DNA of 64,000 nucleotides from Escherichia coli (GTDB lineage Bacteria; Pseudomonadota; Gammaproteobacteria; Enterobacterales; Enterobacteriaceae): NCBI RefSeq assembly GCF_030013595.1, contig NZ_CP122768.1; one strand, 5' to 3'. Shown piece by piece: positions 54,830 to 64,000 of this stretch (position 1 is its first letter; each line of letters starts with the position of its first letter). The notes under the pieces were generated by a model. It saw only the letters and a program-made list of their open reading frames with translations, ran no database searches and was not told where the DNA came from. The position numbers and the translations under genes were made by a program.

Positions 54830-55736
54830 ACTTGGTGGAGATAAACGGAACTGTGCTGCCGGGGATCATGGTATCGGGTAGCTTACCGTCCCAACGCTCA
54901 GCAGTGGTGAGGGCAACAAGTCCGGGATTATCCCGCAGAGCTTCACCGCGCAGGCGGATAGCTTCTGCTTCAGCCGCACTTTTTAAACGAATAGTTTCAG
55001 CCTCTGCCGCGCCTCTTACGCGAATGGTCTCAGCTTCTGCTTTGGCTGCCGCCAGTTTACTGTCTGCTTCTGCCTGGGCCTGAGTTACTGCTATTTGCGC
55101 CTGGATTTTCTCTGTTTCCAGATTTTGCTTACGTGTGGCAATGGCGACTTCTGCTTTCATTCGGTCTTCAATCGACTTTTCATAAGCGTCAGAAAAGTCA
55201 ATATTTTCAATCTGGACCCCGTCAATCACCACCGGGCCAACAACGGCTTTACGCATTGCATTTTGCAGATCCTGAACCAGTTTTGTACGATCCTGTACCG
55301 CGCTGATGGCTGTATATTGGCCGAAAACGTTCTCCAGTTGGGTTGGCAGCTGGCGGACGATCAGACGCTCTTTTAAAGATTCAATGGTGTTGTAGGTTGT
55401 ATAAACTGCGCCAGCTTCTGAAGGTTTAATGTGGAAGCTGACTGATACTGTCATTTGTGCCGGTTGCTGGTCGCGGCTGTAGGCCTGTAATCCCTGATAA
55501 ACCACAGCCTGATTACGCGTGGAAATTTTCTCCACGCTTTCCATAAAAGGGATCTTAAAACCCAGACCCGGCTCGGCAACTTTTACGATTTTTCCGTAGC
55601 GCAGCAAAATGCCGCGTTCACCTTCATTAACGGTGTAATACGAGAGAAATGGCAGCACAACCACGGCAAGCACGCCAATGACGATAGCAATAGATTTTTG
55701 TGGGCGAAATGAGGTTATTGAAACAGGTGCTTTCAT
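54828..55736 (-). CDS. SPFH/band-7 (prohibitin/flotillin-like) membrane protein with C-terminal AEAE-IR tandem repeats
   Basis: N-terminal TM segment then band-7-like region; ATG at 55736 preceded by AAGGAAG Shine-Dalgarno (the track frame starts further upstream at a GTG). Confidence 0.7.
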   Translation of the reverse strand: MKAPVSITSFRPQKSIAIVIGVLAVVVLPFLSYYTVNEGERGILLRYGKIVKVAEPGLGFKIPFMESVEKISTRNQAVVYQGLQAYSRDQQPAQMTVSVSFHIKPSEAGAVYTTYNTIESLKERLIVRQLPTQLENVFGQYTAISAVQDRTKLVQDLQNAMRKAVVGPVVIDGVQIENIDFSDAYEKSIEDRMKAEVAIATRKQNLETEKIQAQIAVTQAQAEADSKLAAAKAEAETIRVRGAAEAETIRLKSAAEAEAIRLRGEALRDNPGLVALTTAERWDGKLPDTMIPGSTVPFISTK

Positions 55737-56112
55737 ATGAATCTTCCTTGAGTAAAGTGGGGAATATGTCACATGAGGTGAGGAGAAAATAGCCGACAGG
55801 TGAGAATTCAGAATCTATAAAGGGGTATAGCGAAAAAACCTTGCATTAAAAAAGTATGTTTTCGGACATTCAATAAATAAATGGCGATATGCATCACAAA
55901 TACAACAACAATCAAAATGTTGATTTTGTGATAAACATAGCAAATACAAAGTTGACTTTAAAAATATCAATTTCATGTTGTTGTTATTTAAAGTTTTATT
56001 ATTTTTGCTCATGGGGTTTTTCTTCTCGCGTACCCAATTGCTTTCATTAAACCGCACGAGTATTTTATTTTTACCGCCGGACGGTACCCTAAAAATAAAA
56101 TAAGGATAATTT

Positions 56113-56556
56113 ATGCGGCTTAGTGATTATTTTCCAGAATCATCAATCTCAGTTATACATTCAGCAAAAGATTGGCAGGAAGCTATCGATTTCTCGATGG
56201 CATCATTGCTGGATAAAAACTATATCAGCGAGAATTACATTCAGGCAATTAAAGATTCCACCATTAACAATGGCCCTTATTATATTCTCGCGCCAGGTGT
56301 GGCAATGCCTCATGCGCGACCGGAATGTGGGGCGCTTAAAACCGGGATGTCTTTGACGTTACTTAAACAAGGCGTTTATTTTCCGGGGGATGACGAACCG
56401 ATTAAATTACTCATCGGGCTTTCTGCTGCCGATGCCGATTCGCACATTGGCGCTATTCAGGCGTTAAGTGAATTACTGTGCGAAGAAGAAATACTCGAAC
56501 AACTCTTAACAGCATCATCAGAAAAACAATTAGCGGACATTATCAGCCGCGGATAA
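56113..56556 (+). CDS. cmtB: PTS mannitol-type IIA component (cryptic)
   Basis: 147 aa; MRLSDYFPESSISVIHSAKDWQEAIDFSMASLL... Confidence 0.85.
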   Translation: MRLSDYFPESSISVIHSAKDWQEAIDFSMASLLDKNYISENYIQAIKDSTINNGPYYILAPGVAMPHARPECGALKTGMSLTLLKQGVYFPGDDEPIKLLIGLSAADADSHIGAIQALSELLCEEEILEQLLTASSEKQLADIISRG

Positions 56557-56583
56557 TTACTCTCTCCTCTACAGGATAATATT

Positions 56584-57972
56584 ATGGAAAACAAGTCTGC
56601 TCGTGCAAAGGTCCAGGCTTTTGGGGGTTTTTTGACGGCAATGGTCATCCCCAATATCGGTGCTTTTATTGCCTGGGGCTTTATAACTGCGTTATTTATT
56701 CCCACCGGTTGGCTGCCGAATGAACATTTCGCCAAAATTGTCGGCCCGATGATTACCTATTTATTGCCCGTGATGATTGGTTCTACCGGTGGTCACCTGG
56801 TCGGCGGTAAACGCGGCGCGGTCATGGGCGGAATTGGTACGATTGGTGTGATCGTCGGCGCTGAAATCCCGATGTTCCTTGGCTCGATGATTATGGGGCC
56901 GCTCGGTGGTCTGGTGATTAAATATATCGACAAGGCGCTGGAAAAACGCATACCTGCCGGTTTTGAGATGGTTATCAATAACTTCTCATTAGGTATCGCG
57001 GGGATGCTCCTTTGTCTGCTGGGTTTTGAAGTGATCGGCCCGGCGGTGTTAATTGCCAATACTTTCGTCAAAGAGTGTATTGAGGCGCTGGTACATGCGG
57101 GTTATCTGCCTTTGCTGTCAGTCATCAATGAACCGGCGAAAGTGCTTTTCCTTAATAATGCGATCGATCAGGGCGTCTATTATCCGCTGGGAATGCAACA
57201 GGCATCAGTTAACGGCAAATCCATCTTCTTTATGGTGGCCTCTAATCCAGGTCCTGGCCTGGGGCTGCTGCTGGCGTTTACCTTGTTTGGTAAAGGGATG
57301 AGTAAACGTTCTGCGCCTGGCGCGATGATTATTCACTTCATCGGTGGGATCCACGAACTGTATTTCCCATATGTGCTGATGAAGCCACTGACCATTATTG
57401 CCATGATTGCGGGCGGTATGTCTGGCACCTGGATGTTTAATTTGCTGGACGGTGGTTTGGTTGCAGGCCCAAGCCCTGGCTCTATTTTTGCTTACCTGGC
57501 GCTGACGCCGAAAGGCTCGTTCCTGGCGACACTTGCCGGTGTTACGGTAGGTACCCTGGTGTCCTTTGCTATCACTTCGCTGATACTGAAGATGGAAAAA
57601 ACGATGGAAACGGAGAGCGAAGATGAGTTTGCTCAGTCAGCCAATGCGGTTAAGGCGATGAAACAAGAGGGTGCATTCTCGTTAAGCCGGGTTAAGCGTA
57701 TCGCCTTTGTTTGCGATGCGGGGATGGGCTCCAGTGCGATGGGCGCAACCACCTTCCGTAAGCGACTGGAAAAAGCGGGGCTGGCAATTGAAGTAAAACA
57801 TTACGCGATAGAAAACGTGCCTGCGGATGCGGATATTGTCGTCACTCACGCAAGTCTTGAAGGTCGTGTAAAACGCGTAACCGATAAACCGCTGATACTG
57901 ATTAATAACTATATTGGCGATCCGAAACTCGACACTTTATTTAATCAATTAACCGCCGAACATAAAAACTGA
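56584..57972 (+). CDS. cmtA: PTS mannitol-type IICB component (cryptic)
   Basis: 462-aa polytopic protein with C-terminal EIIB-like domain; K-12 synteny. Confidence 0.85.
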   Translation: MENKSARAKVQAFGGFLTAMVIPNIGAFIAWGFITALFIPTGWLPNEHFAKIVGPMITYLLPVMIGSTGGHLVGGKRGAVMGGIGTIGVIVGAEIPMFLGSMIMGPLGGLVIKYIDKALEKRIPAGFEMVINNFSLGIAGMLLCLLGFEVIGPAVLIANTFVKECIEALVHAGYLPLLSVINEPAKVLFLNNAIDQGVYYPLGMQQASVNGKSIFFMVASNPGPGLGLLLAFTLFGKGMSKRSAPGAMIIHFIGGIHELYFPYVLMKPLTIIAMIAGGMSGTWMFNLLDGGLVAGPSPGSIFAYLALTPKGSFLATLAGVTVGTLVSFAITSLILKMEKTMETESEDEFAQSANAVKAMKQEGAFSLSRVKRIAFVCDAGMGSSAMGATTFRKRLEKAGLAIEVKHYAIENVPADADIVVTHASLEGRVKRVTDKPLILINNYIGDPKLDTLFNQLTAEHKN

Positions 57973-57986
57973 TTGCCGAGGTAAAA

Positions 57987-59264
57987 ATGAAAACTAAAGT
58001 TGCTGCTATTTATGGCAAGCGGGATGTCCGTCTGCGCGAATTTGAACTGCCAGAAATTACCGATAATGAACTGTTAGTGAGTGTAATTTCTGACAGCGTC
58101 TGTTTATCGACCTGGAAAGCGGCGTTACTCGGTAGTGAACATAAACGCGTACCCGACGATTTAGAAAATCATCCGGTCATTACCGGGCATGAATGTGCCG
58201 GGGTTATTGTTGAAGTGGGTAAAAATCTCACCGACAAATATAAAAAAGGCCAGCGTTTTGTATTGCAACCGGCGATGGGGTTACCAAGCGGATATTCAGC
58301 GGGCTACAGCTACGAATATTTTGGCGGTAACGCCACCTATATGATTATTCCCGAGATCGCCATTAACCTGGGCTGCGTATTACCGTACCACGGCTCTTAT
58401 TTTGCTGCGGCGTCGCTGGCAGAGCCTATGTGCTGCATTATTGGCGCTTATCATGCCAATTATCACACCACGCAATATGTTTATGAGCATCGCATGGGCG
58501 TTAAACCTGGCGGCAATATTGCGCTGCTGGCATGTGCTGGTCCGATGGGCATTGGCGCTATCGATTATGCTATTAACGGCGGCATACAACCGTCGCGGGT
58601 GGTGGTGGTCGATATCGACGACAAACGCCTGGCCCAGGTACAAAAGCTGCTGCCGGTGGAACTGGCGGCCAGTAAAGGCATTGAGCTGGTGTATATGAAT
58701 ACCAAAGGGATGAGCGATCCGGTCCAGACGCTGCGGGCGCTGACGGATGATGCCGGATTTGATGACGTATTTGTCTATGCAGCGGTGCCTTCAGTCGTCG
58801 AGATGGCTGATGAATTACTGGCGGAAGATGGCTGCCTGAACTTCTTTGCCGGGCCGACGGATAAAAACTTCAAAGTGCCGTTTAATTTCTACAACGTCCA
58901 TTACAACAGCACGCATGTCGTCGGTACGTCCGGCGGTTCAACGGACGACATGAAAGAGGCGATTGCGCTTAGCGCCACAGGGCAGTTGCAGCCGTCGTTT
59001 ATGGTGACCCATATCGGTGGGCTGGATGCGGTGCCTGATACCGTGCTCAATCTGCCGGATATCCCCGGCGGTAAAAAACTCATTTATAACGGCGTCACCA
59101 TGCCGCTCACTGCCATTGCCGATTTTGCCGAAAAAGGCAAAACCGATCCACTGTTTAAAAAGCTGGCGCGGCTGGTTGAGGAAACGCACGGCATCTGGAA
59201 TGAGCAGGCCGAGAAATATCTGCTGGCGCAATTTGGCGTTGATATCGGGGAGGCCGCACAATGA
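57987..59264 (+). CDS. yggP: zinc-type alcohol/polyol dehydrogenase-like protein YggP
   Basis: 425 aa; K-12 synteny. Confidence 0.85.
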   Translation: MKTKVAAIYGKRDVRLREFELPEITDNELLVSVISDSVCLSTWKAALLGSEHKRVPDDLENHPVITGHECAGVIVEVGKNLTDKYKKGQRFVLQPAMGLPSGYSAGYSYEYFGGNATYMIIPEIAINLGCVLPYHGSYFAAASLAEPMCCIIGAYHANYHTTQYVYEHRMGVKPGGNIALLACAGPMGIGAIDYAINGGIQPSRVVVVDIDDKRLAQVQKLLPVELAASKGIELVYMNTKGMSDPVQTLRALTDDAGFDDVFVYAAVPSVVEMADELLAEDGCLNFFAGPTDKNFKVPFNFYNVHYNSTHVVGTSGGSTDDMKEAIALSATGQLQPSFMVTHIGGLDAVPDTVLNLPDIPGGKKLIYNGVTMPLTAIADFAEKGKTDPLFKKLARLVEETHGIWNEQAEKYLLAQFGVDIGEAAQ

Positions 59265-60226
59265 TGTCCCTGGCGTGGCCATTATTTCGCGTTACGGAAC
59301 AGGCAGCGTTGGCTGCCTGGCCGCAAACCGGATGTGGCGACAAAAATAAAATTGATGGCCTGGCGGTCACCGCGATGCGCCAGGCATTAAACGACGTCGC
59401 TTTTCGTGGGCGAGTGGTTATCGGCGAGGGAGAGATTGACCATGCGCCGATGCTGTGGATTGGCGAAGAGGTGGGCAAAGGCGATGGGCCAGAAGTCGAT
59501 ATCGCGGTTGACCCGATTGAAGGTACGCGGATGGTGGCGATGGGGCAGAGCAATGCGCTGGCGGTCATGGCTTTCGCCCCTCGAGATAGCCTGTTACACG
59601 CGCCCGATATGTATATGAAAAAACTGGTTGTTAATCGGCTGGCGGCGGGCGCGATTGATCTGTCCATGCCTCTGGCGGACAACTTGCGCAACGTGGCGAA
59701 AGCTTTAGGCAAACCGCTGGACAAGCTGCGTATGGTTACGCTGGATAAACCGCGCCTGAGTGCCGCAATTGAGGAAGCAACACAGCTGGGCGTGAAGGTT
59801 TTTGCCCTGCCGGATGGCGATGTCGCCGCCAGCGTGCTGACCTGCTGGCAGGATAATCCTTACGATGTGATGTACACCATCGGCGGTGCGCCAGAAGGCG
59901 TGATTTCTGCCTGTGCCGTTAAAGCATTAGGCGGGGATATGCAGGCCGAGCTGATTGACTTTTGTCAGGCTAAAGGGGATTACACGGAAAATCGGCAGAT
60001 TGCAGAGCAGGAGCGCAAGCGTTGCAAGGAAATGGGCGTTGACGTTAACCGTGTGTACTCGCTCGATGAACTGGTGAGGGGGAACGATATCCTCTTTAGC
60101 GCTACGGGCGTGACGGGCGGCGAGCTAGTGAACGGTATCCAACAGACGGCGAATGGGGTGCGGACGCAGACATTACTGATCGGCGGCGCGGACCAAACGT
60201 GTAATATAATAGACTCCCTGCATTGA
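59261..60226 (+). CDS. yggF: class II (GlpX-like) fructose-1,6-bisphosphatase YggF
   Basis: 321 aa; K-12 synteny. Confidence 0.85.
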   Translation: MMSLAWPLFRVTEQAALAAWPQTGCGDKNKIDGLAVTAMRQALNDVAFRGRVVIGEGEIDHAPMLWIGEEVGKGDGPEVDIAVDPIEGTRMVAMGQSNALAVMAFAPRDSLLHAPDMYMKKLVVNRLAAGAIDLSMPLADNLRNVAKALGKPLDKLRMVTLDKPRLSAAIEEATQLGVKVFALPDGDVAASVLTCWQDNPYDVMYTIGGAPEGVISACAVKALGGDMQAELIDFCQAKGDYTENRQIAEQERKRCKEMGVDVNRVYSLDELVRGNDILFSATGVTGGELVNGIQQTANGVRTQTLLIGGADQTCNIIDSLH

Positions 60227-60247
60227 TGGTGATCTATCGGAAGACCA

Positions 60248-60757
60248 ATGGCGACGCTGACAGAAGATGATGTGCTTGAGCAACTGGATGCACAGGACAA
60301 TTTATTTTCATTTATGAAAACTGCGCATTCTATTTTGCTCCAGGGGATACGCCAGTTTCTGCCGTCGCTGTTTGTCGATAATGATGAAGAGATCGTCGAA
60401 TATGCAGTGAAGCCGTTACTCGCCCAAAGCGGCCCGCTTGACGATATTGATGTTGCACTGCGTTTGATTTACGCGCTGGGGAAAATGGATAAATGGTTGT
60501 ACGCCGATATCACGCATTTTTCCCAGTTTTGGCATTACCTGAACGAACAGGATGAAACGCCCGGATTTGCCGATGATATAACCTGGGATTTTATCAGCAA
60601 CGTCAATAGCATAATCCGCAATGCGAGTCTCTATGACGCGTTGAAAGCGATGAAATTCGCCGATTTCGCCGTCTGGTCAGAGGCGCGTTTTAGCGGGATG
60701 GTCAAAACGGCGCTGACGCTGGCAGTAACGACCACCTTAAAGGAATTAACGCCGTGA
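60248..60757 (+). CDS. yggD: MtlR-like transcriptional regulator YggD
   Basis: 169 aa; K-12 synteny. Confidence 0.8.
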   Translation: MATLTEDDVLEQLDAQDNLFSFMKTAHSILLQGIRQFLPSLFVDNDEEIVEYAVKPLLAQSGPLDDIDVALRLIYALGKMDKWLYADITHFSQFWHYLNEQDETPGFADDITWDFISNVNSIIRNASLYDALKAMKFADFAVWSEARFSGMVKTALTLAVTTTLKELTP

Positions 60758-61467
60758 AAATCGAACTGACGGTGAATGGACTAAAGGTACAGGCGCAGTA
60801 CTCTGATGATGAAATTGAAAATGTACATAAACCGCTACTGCGTATGCTGGCGGCCTTACAGACGGTAAATCCGCAGCGGCGTACGGTGGTTTTTCTTTGC
60901 GCTCCGCCGGGGACGGGTAAATCTACCCTAACCACCTTCTGGGAATATCTCGCGCAACAAGACCCGGAACTACCCGCTATTCAGACACTCCCGATGGATG
61001 GTTTTCACCATTACAATAGCTGGCTGGATGCGCATCAATTGCGCCCCTTCAAAGGCGCACCAGAGACATTTGACGTTGCGAAACTGGCGGAAAATCTGCG
61101 CCAGGTCGTGGAAGGGGATTGTACGTGGCCGCAGTACGATCGACAAAAGCATGATCCTGTTGAAGATGCGTTGCACGTTACCGCACCACTCGTCATCGTC
61201 GAAGGAAACTGGCTATTACTGGATGATGAAAAGTGGCAGGAGTTGGCATCTTTCTGCGATTTTTCTATTTTTATTCATGCACCTGCTCAAATTCTGCGGG
61301 AGCGCTTGATTAGTCGTAAAATTGCGGGAGGATTATCGCGGCAAGAAGCCGAAGCTTTTTATGCCCGAACCGATGGTCCCAATGTCGAGCGTGTGCTGGT
61401 GAATAGTCGTCAGGCCAATCTGATAGTAGAGATGACCGAAGAAGGCAGATATCACTTCAAAAGCTGA
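60754..61467 (+). CDS. yggC: P-loop kinase-like protein YggC
   Basis: Walker A CAPPGTGKST; 237 aa. Confidence 0.8.
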   Translation: MKIELTVNGLKVQAQYSDDEIENVHKPLLRMLAALQTVNPQRRTVVFLCAPPGTGKSTLTTFWEYLAQQDPELPAIQTLPMDGFHHYNSWLDAHQLRPFKGAPETFDVAKLAENLRQVVEGDCTWPQYDRQKHDPVEDALHVTAPLVIVEGNWLLLDDEKWQELASFCDFSIFIHAPAQILRERLISRKIAGGLSRQEAEAFYARTDGPNVERVLVNSRQANLIVEMTEEGRYHFKS

Positions 61468-61751
61468 CAATTTATTCCAGTTATTGCAGGGGTATTATTA
61501 CGCCAGCCTGGAATAAAGCCCCCTACAAAAGGGGATAAAAGTGTGATGTAAGTCAGATAAATGTCTTCTTCGGCTGGACAATCATTCCTTTTATTCCACG
61601 TTTCGCTTATCCTAGCTGAAGCGTTTCAGTCGATTAAATGTTCGACAATTAACCAATCAGTCGCAGTTTGCGACAGGTAAGGTTTCCCCGGACGATTTGC
61701 TGGATTACTCTGTCTGGCAAATTTGCTCAGGGAAAACCTTGCAGGAGATCT

Positions 61752-62771
61752 ATGACCGTACGCGTAGCGATAAATGGCTTCGGTCGCATCGGGCGTAATG
61801 TGGTTCGTGCCTTGTATGAATCCGGACGCCGGGCGGAAATTACCGTGGTGGCAATCAACGAACTGGCGGATGCTGCGGGCATGGCGCATTTGTTGAAATA
61901 TGACACCAGCCATGGCCGTTTTGCATGGGAAGTACGACAGGAACGCGATCAACTTTTTGTTGGTGATGACGCCATCCGTGTATTGCATGAACGTTCACTG
62001 CAATCGCTCCCCTGGCGTGAACTTGGCGTTGATGTAGTCCTCGACTGCACCGGCGTATATGGCTCCCGCGAGCATGGCGAAGCGCATATTGCCGCCGGGG
62101 CCAAAAAAGTGCTCTTTTCACATCCTGGCAATAACGATCTCGACGCGACCGTTGTTTATGGCGTCAATCAGGATCAACTTCGTGCGGAACACCGCATCGT
62201 TTCTAACGCTTCCTGTACCACGAATTGCATAATTCCCGTCATCAAATTGTTAGATGATGCGTACGGTATTGAGTCCGGCACTGTGACCACAATTCACTCC
62301 GCCATGCACGATCAACAGGTTATTGATGCATACCATCCTGACCTGCGTCGCACCCGGGCAGCCAGCCAGTCGATCATTCCGGTCGATACTAAACTGGCCG
62401 CCGGTATCACACGATTTTTTCCGCAATTTAACGATCGCTTTGAGGCGATTGCGGTACGTGTGCCAACCATAAATGTGACGGCAATCGATTTAAGCGTGAC
62501 GGTGAAGAAACCTGTAAAAGCCAATGAAGTCAACCTGTTGCTGCAAAAAGCAGCACAAGGTGCATTTCATGGTATAGTTGACTATACGGAATTGCCGTTG
62601 GTCTCTGTAGATTTTAACCACGATCCGCACAGTGCCATTGTCGATGGCACCCAAACCCGGGTCAGTGGCGCGCACCTGATCAAAACGTTGGTCTGGTGCG
62701 ATAACGAATGGGGCTTTGCTAACCGAATGCTCGACACGACGTTAGCTATGGCTACTGTTGCTTTCAGGTAA
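61752..62771 (+). CDS. epd: D-erythrose-4-phosphate dehydrogenase
   Basis: [21 protein letters not shown]...; 339 aa. Confidence 0.92.
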
Positions 62772-62820
62772 GACGCAAGCAGCGTCTGCAAAACTTTTAG
62801 AATCAACGAGAGGATTCACC

Positions 62821-63984
62821 ATGTCTGTAATTAAGATGACCGATCTGGATCTTGCTGGGAAACGTGTATTTATCCGTGCGGATCTGAACGTACCAGTAAA
62901 AGACGGGAAAGTAACCAGCGATGCGCGTATCCGTGCTTCTCTGCCGACCATCGAACTGGCCCTGAAACAAGGCGCAAAAGTGATGGTAACTTCCCACCTG
63001 GGTCGTCCTACCGAAGGCGAGTACAACGAAGAATTCTCTCTGCTGCCGGTTGTTAACTACCTGAAAGACAAACTGTCTAACCCGGTTCGTCTGGTTAAAG
63101 ATTACCTCGACGGCGTTGACGTTGCTGAAGGTGAACTGGTTGTTCTGGAAAACGTTCGCTTCAACAAAGGCGAGAAGAAAGACGACGAAACCCTGTCCAA
63201 AAAATACGCTGCACTGTGTGACGTGTTCGTAATGGACGCATTCGGTACTGCTCACCGCGCGCAGGCTTCTACTCACGGTATCGGTAAATTTGCTGATGTT
63301 GCGTGCGCAGGCCCGCTGCTGGCAGCTGAACTGGACGCGCTGGGTAAAGCACTGAAAGAACCTGCTCGCCCGATGGTGGCTATCGTTGGTGGTTCTAAAG
63401 TATCTACCAAACTGACCGTTCTGGACTCCCTGTCTAAAATCGCTGACCAGCTGATTGTTGGTGGTGGTATCGCTAACACCTTTATCGCGGCACAAGGCCA
63501 CGATGTGGGTAAATCTCTGTACGAAGCTGACCTGGTTGACGAAGCTAAACGTCTGCTGACCACCTGCAACATCCCGGTTCCGTCTGATGTTCGCGTAGCA
63601 ACCGAGTTCTCTGAAACTGCACCGGCTACCCTGAAATCTGTTAACGATGTGAAAGCTGACGAGCAGATCCTGGATATCGGTGATGCTTCCGCTCAGGAAC
63701 TGGCTGAAATCCTGAAGAATGCGAAAACCATTCTGTGGAACGGTCCGGTTGGCGTGTTCGAATTCCCGAACTTCCGCAAAGGTACTGAAATCGTGGCTAA
63801 CGCTATCGCAGACAGCGAAGCGTTCTCCATCGCTGGCGGCGGCGACACTCTGGCAGCAATCGACCTGTTCGGCATTGCTGACAAAATCTCCTACATCTCC
63901 ACTGGCGGCGGCGCATTCCTCGAATTCGTGGAAGGTAAAGTACTGCCTGCAGTAGCGATGCTCGAAGAGCGCGCTAAGAAGTAA
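62821..63984 (+). CDS. pgk: phosphoglycerate kinase
   Basis: [63 protein letters not shown]...; 387 aa. Confidence 0.95.
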
Positions 63985-64000
63985 AAAATCACAGGGCAGG

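Noticed and set aside
62803..63501. 232-aa minus-strand ORF
   Set aside because: Antisense to pgk; shadow ORF.

Overview
This window is an Escherichia coli chromosomal segment. Positions 20285-64000 are conserved backbone matching the K-12 pheV-yqgA-speC ... tktA-cmt-epd-pgk region in reverse orientation; positions 1-20284 are an accessory island integrated at tRNA-Phe (pheV) with a P4-type integrase. The island carries a phosphoethanolamine-transferase-family gene, an outer-membrane beta-barrel gene, a 1057-bp IS903-group insertion sequence, and the 3' portion of a type 1 BREX defense locus (5'-truncated pglX, pglZ, brxL) with no brxA/brxB/brxC in the window. Left of brxL lies a poorly characterised module: two translationally coupled, paralogous Cys-rich zinc-ribbon ORFs, a HUH Rep-like (inovirus Gp2/YagK-YfjJ-type) gene followed by a hairpin, an ~800-bp AT-rich repeat-laden intergenic region, a 263-aa protein with a possible ribbon-helix-helix N-terminus, an AlpA-family regulator and further hypothetical ORFs. 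The zinc-ribbon pair and the RHH/repeat/Rep block are the best candidates for something undescribed, but no function can be assigned from sequence alone. In the backbone, mutY carries a -1 frameshift in a homopolymer and speC carries an in-frame TAG, and three loci hold genes I do not recall in K-12: a TRAP transporter (yggM/hemW), a lipoprotein (speA/speB) and an SPFH protein (tktA/cmtB). All protein identifications rest on my reading of the translations and recall of families; no database search was run, and antisense shadow ORFs in the track were ignored.
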